A stretch of 63,698 nt of DNA, filler included, from Thraustochytrium aureum (taxonomy: Eukaryota): the NCBI GenBank assembly GCA_012862495.1. It is 5 parts of 4 records of this genome, joined end to end, with 100 filler letters (N's around TTAATTAATTAA, not from the genome) between each part and the next. Parts side by side here need not be neighbours in the genome. Positions count along the whole stretch, not along the records: positions 1 to 27,358 come from BLSG01000353.1; positions 27,459 to 48,248 come from BLSG01000353.1; 3 more parts are not named here. One strand, written 5' to 3'. The translations under genes were made by a program, and so were the position numbers. This document shows, in pieces, positions 25,854 to 35,538 of the stretch. Position 1 is the stretch's first letter. Each line of letters begins with the position of its first letter. The notes under the pieces are model-generated. The model was not told the DNA's origin, searched no databases, and saw only the letters and a list, made by a program, of their open reading frames with translations.

Positions 25854-26639
25854 CTAGAAGTAACCCTGCTTGAGGACCTCGCACTTGTCCCCGCCGTACT
25901 GCTGGTAGCACTTGCACGTGCCGGTTGAGTAGTCGCACTGGCCGCGCCCTGAGCACTCCCGGCCAGAATCTGCGCCAGGGCCGCCCATGATGTCTGCAGC
26001 GGAAGGGCATTCAACCATGCTGCAGTCACCGCCACGGTACCCCTGGTCGCACTCGCAGCCCATCATCATGTCCGCATCCCAGGCTGTGTCGTACATGATC
26101 TTCGTCCGGTCGAACTCGGAAGTGACGTCCCAATCAGAATTCTCGCTGCGGAGCTTGGCAATTTCCTGGAGGGACTTGCAGCGGCCATGGCCCGAGCAGT
26201 CGTTGGGGCACACACTGCGACGGCAGCCCTTGCCAGTGTAACCCGGAAAGCAAGCACACTCTCCAGTGTTCTCGTTGCAAATGCCGCGCCCAGAGCACTC
26301 CGCCATAATATGGTGCTCGTTGTTGTTTGTGACCGGCCCGGCCCAAGACTTGCCGTGTGGGCAGGTGCGGCGCGAGCAGTCGGGACCTTTGAATGCGAAG
26401 ACAACGTGCGCCTCCTCGTTGCGAGTGAAGCAGGTGCATGAGTCCTTCTTCAACTTTGTCGTGTCGTACCCATAAGTCATTCCATCAGGGACCTCGATGC
26501 TTGGGCTGCTGCTACTGGCGGTTGACAGGGTCATGGGGTGATTTGAGCAGCGCCCGTGGCCGCTGCACTGGTTGGGGCACTCAGCGCTGACGCTTCCGAG
26601 CGCCACGAGCGCCAGCACGCCGAGGAGTTGCACCTTCAT
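25854..26639 (-). CDS. Secreted EGF-repeat protein of the Sig3/Ocm3 (tubular mastigoneme) type
   Basis: Signal peptide plus CPNQCSGHG, DCSRRTCP, AECSGRGIC...TGECACFPGY.G, CPNDCSGHG, WD...CECD.GY.G.DCS..ECP and GRECSGRG.CDYSTG, the layout of stramenopile Sig/mastigoneme proteins. Confidence 0.75.
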   Translation of the reverse strand: MKVQLLGVLALVALGSVSAECPNQCSGHGRCSNHPMTLSTASSSSPSIEVPDGMTYGYDTTKLKKDSCTCFTRNEEAHVVFAFKGPDCSRRTCPHGKSWAGPVTNNNEHHIMAECSGRGICNENTGECACFPGYTGKGCRRSVCPNDCSGHGRCKSLQEIAKLRSENSDWDVTSEFDRTKIMYDTAWDADMMMGCECDQGYRGGDCSMVECPSAADIMGGPGADSGRECSGRGQCDYSTGTCKCYQQYGGDKCEVLKQGYF

Positions 26640-27358
26640 CTTCTGTGCGAAACAAACCCGATCCTGCTTCTCCTGCCGCTCACTGCTGCTTGTCTGGCTC
26701 TGGTCGCGTGTAGTGCCCTGGTTACCACCTGCCGTTGCGAGTCTGCTGGAGCCTCGGCGTTGAGCATCAAACCATTTGCAGCATGACTACAAGTGAGAGG
26801 AGTGCAGAGCACCTTTTATACGAGTACTCACTCTACCATGCTCTGTGGACGCGCGAGAGGGAGGCGCTGAGCGCCAAAGAGCGGAGAGCAGGGGCGGGCC
26901 GCTTTGCACTCTGCAGATGCCGGTGGAGGAGCAGCAGCCGATGTCCATGACCGTTGAAACCGGCCGACCCCACTTCGCGCTGCGCGACTCCGGCCCGTGC
27001 GAAGCCCTTAGCCTTCATGCTGGCGCGACCCCAGCTCGCTTCACTCGTGCTCCTGCCCGTTGCCCCAACGGAATCGCTGCAAAACCGCTGTGCGGCTGGC
27101 TCATCCCGCGTGCGAAGCAACGAATTCTTGTCATCAGAATTCATGAGAATCAGATAGATCGATCAACGCCTCGGCGAGAGTGCTGCTGAGAGCGACGAAA
27201 TGAGTAAATGGCCTTGGCCGGCATCAGGAAGGCGTGTTGGTTGACCGTTTCGCAACGGCAGCGCCGCGAAATCACGGCCGCGTCCGCCAGCGCCGCTGCT
27301 CTCCTGCGGGGGACACCAGGCGAAACCACGCACGCTTCCGTTGGTTTTCACCTACTAC

Positions 27359-27458
27359 NNNNNNNNNNNNNNNNNNNNNNNNNNNNNNNNNNNNNNNNNN
27401 NNTTAATTAATTAANNNNNNNNNNNNNNNNNNNNNNNNNNNNNNNNNNNNNNNNNNNN
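27359..27458. other. Artificial scaffold linker (N44-TTAATTAATTAA-N44)
   Basis: Exactly 100 nt with a six-frame stop 12-mer at 27403-27414. Confidence 0.97.
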
Positions 27459-27632
27459 TAACGAGTGCGGGTTCAGAATGCTTGTGGCGGGATTTGGGGA
27501 TGGTCTGCGCGGAGTACACGCACCTTGTCGGAGGATAAACGGCTGTGCGCACAATGTTCCGAACAGGCGATAGAGTTTGTGAAACTGCTTTTACGACTAA
27601 AATATGCCTATGTGCCCCCAAGTGGTGTTTTG

Positions 27633-29408
27633 TCACTCTGGGTGAGAGATCTCGTCGAGCGGCGGCTCCATGTCCAAAGCCTCCACGGTATCCATCACAT
27701 CTGCGAGCGAGCGCGCGCGGCCCTCGCGGTCGAGCCTCGGCAGCTGGCCCGACTCGGCGTCCCGCGTGGCGGCAGGCTCGATCTCCCGCGTGGTCATGTA
27801 GTCAGACTGCAGCTTGGCGAGGTTTTCGAGGAGCATCTGGCGGTTGTCGCGCTCGCGGTGCTTCATTTCCCGGAAGACGACCTTTTGGTTGGTGCGGCAC
27901 GACTTGTAGGCGGCCGTTGCAAAGATCTGGTGCGTGTGCAGCGCCTTGTCGTGCGCCGCAGACAGGGCAAACTCCTTGGTGCTGGCGATGACCTTGCTCA
28001 AGTGCTTGTTTCTGCGGAGCTCTTCGGTCACAGCCTCCAGCGTCATGCCCGACTTTGCGATCTGCTCTTGCTCAATCTCCTTGCGCGTCTTCATCTTCTC
28101 AAACTCGAAACGAAAGTTGGAACTGATCACAGAGATCGGGATTGCCAGAACCAAAATGCCAAATATTGCACCCACCACGCCGATGAGCTTGCCCAGCTGC
28201 CACACGGGAACCACGTCACCAAACCCAGCGGACGTGATCGTACTCATTGTAAACCAAAAGGTTGCCGGTATGCTCTCGAAGGGCGAGACGACGGGCTGGC
28301 CGTCTTGGACGACGTAGAAGGTGCCCATCTCCGGGTCAAACTCGCCACGCTCAACGAAGTAGAGCACACCCGATATGGCCACCAGGCCAATGAGGATGAT
28401 GAGCATCATTATGCCGAGAGGGAAGATGCTCGCCTCGATTGTGGCCACAAACACCCCAATCCAACGCAGGTAGCGGCCTATCTTGAGCACGCGGAAGATG
28501 CGCACCAACCGCACGACGCGAAAGGAGGCGCTGCCCGACCCCCTCGAGGCGAGGACAAAAGTCTCTACGTAAAAGGGTACGATCGCTATGAAGTCGACCC
28601 AGTTGAGTGGGCTTTGCACAAAGCCCTTCAGGCTTGGGCAACAGAGCAGACGCAACCCGAATTCCACGGAGAATACTAAAACCGAGACCACCTCGAAGTC
28701 GCCCAGACCTCGCAATAAGTTCTCGTCCGCCTGGAATGCGGGCGTAGATTCTAGCATGAAAAGCAAGCAAGATGTTAGGATCATCATCATCACCGTAATG
28801 GCGATCACCCGGGCCGCGATCGAGGAGGACGGTTCGTCAAAGAGCGCCCAGACAACGCGCCGCAAGCGCGCAACCCCGTTGCAGCCCGCGCGCAAGCGCT
28901 TTGCAAGCGGGTTTTGCTCGAGGAGCCTGGGGAGCACTAGCCCACCGTTTTCAGTTTGCTGGGCTTTCTCCTTGGCCTTGAGCTGAAGCAGGCGGATCCT
29001 CACGCGCAGCAACAGCGCAGAGAACGCGTTGACGTCCATAACGCCGGAAGTGCGGCTGCATTCAAACTCGTCCATCATCTCTTGCAGCTGGCTCTCGTCC
29101 AGATCAATCTCCATGGCCTGGAACCCCTCCTTGATCTCCTGCAGGTCGATTGACCTCGACCGGTCTGCGTCGATGGCGTCAAAGAGCTCCTGCATCTCGC
29201 ACCGCTCCTCCTCGTTCAAAAACACGTTGACCGTGTGAGGCTTGATGATCTTCGGGTCAACCTGGCGTAGGATCTCGTTCCGCTTGGCCGCGTTGCGCAT
29301 TTTGCTGACGACAGTGGCAACCTGTCCGGGTGTCATGGTGGCGATATCGAGCCCGCTGAACCGGCCAGCCGGCGGCTCCAGCGTGGAGGTCATCGCCTTG
29401 GCCGCCAT
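27633..29408 (-). CDS. Voltage-gated K+ channel (6TM, Kv-like) with N-terminal EF-hand pair; start uncertain
   Basis: EF loop DADRSRSIDLQE; LFDEPSSS..AR; NWVDFIAIVPFY; S4 FRVVRLVRIFRVLKIGR; FESIPATFWF; pore TITSAGFGDVVP; S6 LAIPISVISSNF. Confidence 0.9.
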   Translation of the reverse strand: MAAKAMTSTLEPPAGRFSGLDIATMTPGQVATVVSKMRNAAKRNEILRQVDPKIIKPHTVNVFLNEEERCEMQELFDAIDADRSRSIDLQEIKEGFQAMEIDLDESQLQEMMDEFECSRTSGVMDVNAFSALLLRVRIRLLQLKAKEKAQQTENGGLVLPRLLEQNPLAKRLRAGCNGVARLRRVVWALFDEPSSSIAARVIAITVMMMILTSCLLFMLESTPAFQADENLLRGLGDFEVVSVLVFSVEFGLRLLCCPSLKGFVQSPLNWVDFIAIVPFYVETFVLASRGSGSASFRVVRLVRIFRVLKIGRYLRWIGVFVATIEASIFPLGIMMLIILIGLVAISGVLYFVERGEFDPEMGTFYVVQDGQPVVSPFESIPATFWFTMSTITSAGFGDVVPVWQLGKLIGVVGAIFGILVLAIPISVISSNFRFEFEKMKTRKEIEQEQIAKSGMTLEAVTEELRRNKHLSKVIASTKEFALSAAHDKALHTHQIFATAAYKSCRTNQKVVFREMKHRERDNRQMLLENLAKLQSDYMTTREIEPAATRDAESGQLPRLDREGRARSLADVMDTVEALDMEPPLDEISHPE

Positions 29409-30711
29409 TGCCCTTTCCGCCACCTTGACCGCCCGCGCCTTGCGGCTCGCGCTCGCAGCCGTGGTTTGGCTTTCTGCTCGCAACGGAGGAGGTACCGACG
29501 CGATGATCCCTCCCAACGGCTCTTACATCGCTGGCGGACCCCAAGCCTTGGGAGTAAATTTTCTTGCGCATACCAGGCGAGGCCCCGTGCAGCGCGTGGG
29601 AAGGCCGCGCGAGGCCACGGCACTCGAGCAGGAGCACCTTGCCGCACGGCGCCACTTGCGCGGCGATCGCGGCGCCAAAATACTCGTGCCCTCGAGCGGA
29701 GGGCGACTTCGCATCAAGAATCCCCTCCGGAATGTCAGTACCTCAACAGGCATGCCAGACAGACTTCGAGTCCGGGCCGGAGCGCGCCGCCGAGCCGGCG
29801 CGCAAGGCTCAGTTTTCCTCTGCGTGTTTGCTTCTCTGTCCTTTTCCTCGAGCACGAGTTTCGGTTGGTGCGTTTTGACCGCCTTGCAACCATGATGTCG
29901 ACCCACACCAGGAGTCCCAATTCCGAGAGACCGTCAGTGGTATTCTGCCCACTGTGTGCATGGCGAGCTAGACTCGAGGACATGCCAGAGGCGATCAATC
30001 TGGCGACCAGAGCTCGTCTTGGACCTGGCGTCTCGCCGAAAACACCCTTCAGCCTCGCAGAGCGCGCCAGGCCGGCGCGAGCCAGACCAATTGACGCAAA
30101 GCGGGCGGCTGTGCAAGTAGCGAGTGATCGACTCTGTCGCGCGGGGGTGTCGCGGTACCGCTTCCTCGTTTCGTTCGGGGTCCATCACACAGGGTATGCA
30201 GCGTCGTCTGACTTGTAGGAGAGTTAAGGTGAGGAGGGTCAAAAACAGAGCAGCGCGAAACAAGAGAAGGGTCGGGCAGCCCCAGCGCATAGGCACCGGC
30301 ACTGGAAGCATTTTTGGCCAAGAAGGCGGCCAGCTTCAACGTTGAACGTCTCTATCTTGCACCTACACCTACTCTGGTTGTTCTAGCGCTAGTAAAGTAA
30401 AGGCTTCAAAAAATCGATTCCGTGCAAACGAGAGGTCGGCCAACTTGGTCCCTGTCGTCTTTGTGACGCTTGTCGGAGAACCGATGCCAGCTTGACGGCC
30501 TTCCTTGCCGTGTTGTGAACTGGAACCTGCGCTCTCGCTCGCTACACAAAGCGGTCGAGAGCCTCGCCGGCAGCTCCCGTCACCAGTCGCCTTTCTCAGC
30601 CGCGACAAGGAACGTAGTGCAAGCCAAAACCACAGCGCTTGAGCAAGCGCCAAGGACTCTCCACGCACGCGCGAACGTAGGTCGGCAAAGGACTTGAGAC
30701 GCGAGCAAACA

Positions 30712-33700
30712 ATGTTCGCCGCAGAAGCGCAATGGAAAGCATGGCGGCCTGACGGCAAAGACTGCTACAGGCTGGCAGACATTAGCGAGCTGGACGAGAA
30801 GCGAGGGCTTATTCGGTTCCACCGCGCAGCCGGTCAAGACGCCGCTCCAGAGGAGGCTGCGGGGGACAGGACAGCAGACGACTCTGATACGTTCCCAAAA
30901 GATGAGGTGCACCACTTCGACCCAAGCCACATCATGGACCTCGACAACATCACCGACATGAACAATGTCCACGAAGCCCCGCTCTTGGACCTGCTCCGAC
31001 GCCGCTACCTGAGTAGACGCATCTACACGTTTACCGGCGACATCCTCATCAGCATCAACCCTTACGAGACCGTGCCTGGGCTCTACGCCTTGCCAGAGTC
31101 TGTCGACACTGGTGTCCGAGCGCCACCCCACCTCTTCACAGTCGCGGGTCGCGCCTTGGAGCGGCTTGACAGCCATCCGGGGGAGGAGCAGACCATCATC
31201 ATCAACGGCGAGAGCGGGGCTGGCAAGACTGAGGCCTCCAAAATCATCATCAAGTTCCTGACGCACATGAGCGACTACGCGGAGGGCACAGAGATGACGG
31301 ACTTCACATCGATCCAAGCCCACCTTGTTGACACCAACGTTCTGCTCGAGCAGTTTGGCAACGCCAAGACAGTGCGCAACGATAACAGCTCCCGCTTCGG
31401 AAAGTACATTCGCCTCGAGTACGCCGGCGATCAGCTGTGCGGGGCGCACATATCCTACTTTCTGCTCGAGACCTCGCGACTCGTGCAGCGCTCGGCCAAG
31501 GAGCGCAACTACCATGTATTTTACGCGCTCTGCCAAGGCGCCAGCGCAGAGGAGCGTGACGCCATCGGAGGGCTCAACTCAGCCGAACAGTACCGCTACC
31601 TGTCGGGGGACCGAGCCTCTGCGCTCAGCGAGCAATCGGCCGCGAAACTCTGGGCTGACCTGAAAGAATCGCTGAGAGTTGTCGGCGTCACCGGGGAGCG
31701 CCTCATCGACGTGTGTCGCGCCCTCGTCACGGTGCTCGAGCTGGGCAACATCAAGGTGGGCGAGCTCGAGCGCACTTCCGCGCAGGTTGCAGGCGAGCCG
31801 AATGAAAACGAGTCCAGCAACGCGCAGAACGTACGCGTTGCAAGCGTGGACTCGATGCAACCGTCAGTGCAGCGAGCCGCACAGCTCCTCGGGCTCGACG
31901 CGGAGGCGCTTTGCCGCGCTTTGAGCGGCCGAATGGTGATGACCAACTCTGCTCGAGCCTCGGTGCAGTGGGTGGAGCTCAGCCGCGAGCAAACTGAGGA
32001 GGCAATCAACAGTTTGGCCAAGGCGGTCTATGGCCGCCTGTTCGACTGGCTCGTTCTGCAAATAAATCACACGCTGGCGACCCGCAGGCCGCGGCACGTG
32101 GAAAGCGAGTCCATTGCCGAGCTACAGCCCAGCGGACCGCGCAATCCAACATTCATTGGCATTCTTGACATTTATGGCTTTGAGATCCTCGAGGTCAACT
32201 CCCTCGAGCAGCTCTGCATCAACTTTGCAAACGAACGGCTCCAGCGCCAGTTCAACGCCAAGGTGTTCGAGGACGAACAGCAGCGCTACATGGCCGAGGG
32301 CGTCCAGTGGTCTGTCGAGCAGTACGGTGTGGACAATCAGCCCTGCATCGACCTCNNNNNNNNNNNNNNNNNNNNNNNNNNNNNNNNNNNNNNNNNNNNN
32401 NNNNNNNNNNNNNNNNNNNNNNNNNNNNNNNNNNNNNNNNNNNNNNNNNNNNNNNNNNNNNNNNNNNNNNNNNNNNNNNNNNNNNNNNNNNNNNNNNNNN
32501 NNNNNNNNNNNNNNNNNNNNNNNNNNNNNNNNNNNNNNNNNNNNNNNNNNNNNNNNNNNNNNNNNNNNNNNNNNNNNNNNNNNNNNNNNNNNNNNNNNNN
32601 NNNNNNNNNNNNNNNNNNNNNNNNNNNNNNNNNNNNNNNNNNNNNNNNNNNNNNNNNNNNNNNNNNNNNNNNNNNNNNNNNNNNNNNNNNNNNNNNNNNN
32701 NNNNNNNNNNNNNNNNNNNNNNNNNNNNNNNNNNNNNNNNNNNNNNNNNNNNNNNNNNNNNNNNNNNNNNNNNNNNNNNNNNNNNNNNNNNNNNNNNNNN
32801 NNNNNNNNNNNNNNNNNNNNNNNNNNNNNNNNNNNNNNNNNNNNNNNNNNNNNNNNNNNNNNNNNNNNNNNNNNNNNNNNNNNNNNNNNNNNNNNNNNNN
32901 NNNNNNNNNNNNNNNNNNNNNNNNNNNNNNNNNNNNNNNNNNNNNNNNNNNNNNNNNNNNNNNNNNNNNNNNNNNNNNNNNNNNNNNNNNNNNNNNNNNN
33001 NNNNNNNNNNNNNNNNNNNNNNNNNNNNNNNNNNNNNNNNNNNNNNNNNNNNNNNNNNNNNNNNNNNNNNNNNNNNNNNNNNNNNNNNNNNNNNNNNNNN
33101 NNNNNNNNNNNNNNNNNNNNNNNNNNNNNNNNNNNNNNNNNNNNNNNNNNNNNNNNNNNNNNNNNNNNNNNNNNNNNGTCAAGTGGAAAGCCGCCGCCTT
33201 GCGACTGCAACTCGCGTTTCGCTCGCGGTGGCGCAACCAGCTGTTGCGCGACAGGCTGGAACAGCTTCATGGCCCAGCTTCTGCGGGCGACCGGGAGGCG
33301 CTTGAAGCTGCATGCAACAAAGCTCAAGAGGAGGCTTGGGGTGTCGAAGGCCTCCTGTGCCAGGCTCGGAAAGGCCGAACTCTGCTGCACTCGGCAACAT
33401 CCTCTGGCTCGCTTGAGACTGTGTCTATCATCCTCGATATTGGCCAGCCCGCGTCACAAATGCAGGGGCGACGGTGGGACCCAGTCCGCACTGTCGATCG
33501 CGACGGAAACAACGTGCTCCACCTTGCTGCAGCTGTTTCAGGCTCGCAAAGCATACTGCTTTGCAGTCGCATCCTCGATCACATCACAGCTGCCAACGAG
33601 GAAGCGCCAACGAGCAGCCATGCGCCGTCCGAGTCGCTCTCGCTCCTTGGCGCGCAAGTCGGCGCGCTCGTCAAGGAGCACCTGTACAAGAGCCGAAAGG

Positions 33701-35049
33701 GCAACAAGTTCCAACGCCGCTTCGTCGTCCTGGACCCGTCCAAGGGAATCCTGAGCTACTTTAAGGGCGCCAGGGACAAAAAGCCCCGCTACACCATTGA
33801 GCTGTCGCATGAGAGCGGGACTGTGCTCAAGGTCTGCGAGCGCTACCGGCACAGCTTTCAGATTACCTCACCGGCACTCGAGACACAACGAAACCCCGGC
33901 GGGACGCTGTTCTTCCGCTGCAAGGATGAAAAGGACCTGCAGCGCTGGGTCAGCACGCTTCGTGCACTTAGCGGCGTGGCATTTAACGCGGCTCTGCCCT
34001 CGCTCGGGCGCGTGCAGACGACGAGCTGGACGAAGATGATCGACGCGCTCTGCCACAGAAACAAGCGTCAGGAAACTGCACTTCACTTGGCAGCCGCCTC
34101 GAACGCGCCGCTGGCGCTTTTTCTGCCCGCGATGGCTTCGTTCCAGGGCGCAGCATCTGTCCAGGCATTGCTTCGCGCCAAAGACCTGGGCGGCCAAACG
34201 CCCAAGCAGCGCGCCGAGCAGGCCGGCCACCTCGACGTGTCCACCGCCTTCGACCGCTTGGGAGCCTACCTCAGCAAAGCCACCAAGTCGAGCAACCCGG
34301 GTCGCAAGTCGATGGCTGCACGCGCCCTCATCGAGGGAGCCTGCAAGAAGGGCGGCACCTACTTGTCGCTGTTCCTGAACGAGCTTTCGGTCCCAACGCC
34401 TGTCGCAGACGAGGCCAATGTCTCGCTCTGCATCTCGGTCATCAACACGAACAACAGAGCGGCCAAGTCGCGAATCAGCGCAACGGCAGAAGTCTCAGCT
34501 TCTTCGTCGGCGGCAGGGCCGCGAAAAAAGCTGGGCTTCGAGTCGTTCTCGCCAGACGGAGTCGGCTCCGCGATCCGCGCCGCTGACCTTGTCGAGGACC
34601 AGATTGTATTGCGGCCGCTACACTGGACCCGCTCAGAGACTGGCTCCACGACGCTCAACTTTGGCGCTCTGTGGAACATGCAGAGTCCCCTGGAGCAACT
34701 CGGGAACGCCGTTTGTGTAATCCTGCAAGTCAAGCGGGACAAGCAGGTCTTGGGGACAGTTCACCTCCCGTTCAACGCAAGGACTATTGGCGTTGGCAAC
34801 CTGCAGCCAGGCGTGCAAGAGCTTTTCCCAGCATCGCAAGCTCACGCTAAGGCCTCCATCTTTGCGCGAACGTGGCAGAGCATGACCACCATGGCGAGAA
34901 TCCAGCGCAGCAGCGTGGCTGGCGAGGAGGGCCACCCGCACTCGCCGAACGCAGCGTCCGGAAACTTGGAGAGGAGGTCGCCAATGGCCTTGAACGTCAA
35001 GGTGCACTACAGCATTCGCACGGAGCCGGGCGTGCAGCTGCAAAAGTGA
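30712..35049 (+). CDS. Unconventional myosin: motor domain (partly in gap), IQ, ankyrin-PH-ankyrin, C2-like tail
   Basis: IYTFTGDILISINPY, GESGAGKTE, FGNAKTVRNDNSSRFGK, ERNYHVFY, IGILDIYGFE, EQLCINFANE; ankyrin TLLH/NVLH/TALH; PH QRRFVVLD...LQRWVSTL. Confidence 0.93.
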   Translation: MFAAEAQWKAWRPDGKDCYRLADISELDEKRGLIRFHRAAGQDAAPEEAAGDRTADDSDTFPKDEVHHFDPSHIMDLDNITDMNNVHEAPLLDLLRRRYLSRRIYTFTGDILISINPYETVPGLYALPESVDTGVRAPPHLFTVAGRALERLDSHPGEEQTIIINGESGAGKTEASKIIIKFLTHMSDYAEGTEMTDFTSIQAHLVDTNVLLEQFGNAKTVRNDNSSRFGKYIRLEYAGDQLCGAHISYFLLETSRLVQRSAKERNYHVFYALCQGASAEERDAIGGLNSAEQYRYLSGDRASALSEQSAAKLWADLKESLRVVGVTGERLIDVCRALVTVLELGNIKVGELERTSAQVAGEPNENESSNAQNVRVASVDSMQPSVQRAAQLLGLDAEALCRALSGRMVMTNSARASVQWVELSREQTEEAINSLAKAVYGRLFDWLVLQINHTLATRRPRHVESESIAELQPSGPRNPTFIGILDIYGFEILEVNSLEQLCINFANERLQRQFNAKVFEDEQQRYMAEGVQWSVEQYGVDNQPCIDLXXXXXXXXXXXXXXXXXXXXXXXXXXXXXXXXXXXXXXXXXXXXXXXXXXXXXXXXXXXXXXXXXXXXXXXXXXXXXXXXXXXXXXXXXXXXXXXXXXXXXXXXXXXXXXXXXXXXXXXXXXXXXXXXXXXXXXXXXXXXXXXXXXXXXXXXXXXXXXXXXXXXXXXXXXXXXXXXXXXXXXXXXXXXXXXXXXXXXXXXXXXXXXXXXXXXXXXXXXXXXXXXXXXXXXXXXXXXXXXXXXXXXXXXXXXXXXXXXXXXXXXXXXXXXXXXXXVKWKAAALRLQLAFRSRWRNQLLRDRLEQLHGPASAGDREALEAACNKAQEEAWGVEGLLCQARKGRTLLHSATSSGSLETVSIILDIGQPASQMQGRRWDPVRTVDRDGNNVLHLAAAVSGSQSILLCSRILDHITAANEEAPTSSHAPSESLSLLGAQVGALVKEHLYKSRKGNKFQRRFVVLDPSKGILSYFKGARDKKPRYTIELSHESGTVLKVCERYRHSFQITSPALETQRNPGGTLFFRCKDEKDLQRWVSTLRALSGVAFNAALPSLGRVQTTSWTKMIDALCHRNKRQETALHLAAASNAPLALFLPAMASFQGAASVQALLRAKDLGGQTPKQRAEQAGHLDVSTAFDRLGAYLSKATKSSNPGRKSMAARALIEGACKKGGTYLSLFLNELSVPTPVADEANVSLCISVINTNNRAAKSRISATAEVSASSSAAGPRKKLGFESFSPDGVGSAIRAADLVEDQIVLRPLHWTRSETGSTTLNFGALWNMQSPLEQLGNAVCVILQVKRDKQVLGTVHLPFNARTIGVGNLQPGVQELFPASQAHAKASIFARTWQSMTTMARIQRSSVAGEEGHPHSPNAASGNLERRSPMALNVKVHYSIRTEPGVQLQK

Positions 35050-35538
35050 AAGTACCCCTAGCTAGGCAAAACACAACAGCGGAAAAGACTTTCATAAANN
35101 NNNNNNNNNNNNNNNNNNNNNNNNNNNNNNNNNNNNNNNNNNNNNNNNNNNNNNNNNNNNNNNNNNNNNNNNNNNNNNNNNNNNNNNNNNNNNNNNNNNN
35201 NNNNNNNNNNNNNNNNNNNNNNNNNNNNNNNNNNNNNNNNNNNAAAACACAACAGCGGAAAAGACTTTCATAAAGGGGCCGAGTTCGAACATCAGAAGCA
35301 CACCTACCGCCGCCGTGGCAAACCGTGATGTCCCGGTCCATCTTGATCAACCTACTCTCTAGAGCTAGAGCGTGCAGCCTCAGTGGAGCAGCGAGACGCA
35401 CACAAGTCGGCGCTGCTTCGGTGGTCGCGCCTTCCGTCACTACTAACGCACCAAGAAAACGACGCGCCGCATGCAGTGCAACAACCACCTCCTGGAAAGT
35501 GTCCGCTAACGAGCTCCAGCTAGTAGCGAGAGAGAGAG

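Noticed and set aside
27403..27414. TTAATTAATTAA as a piggyBac target site or biological repeat
   Set aside because: Always centred in exactly 44+44 Ns; it is a synthetic six-frame stop linker.
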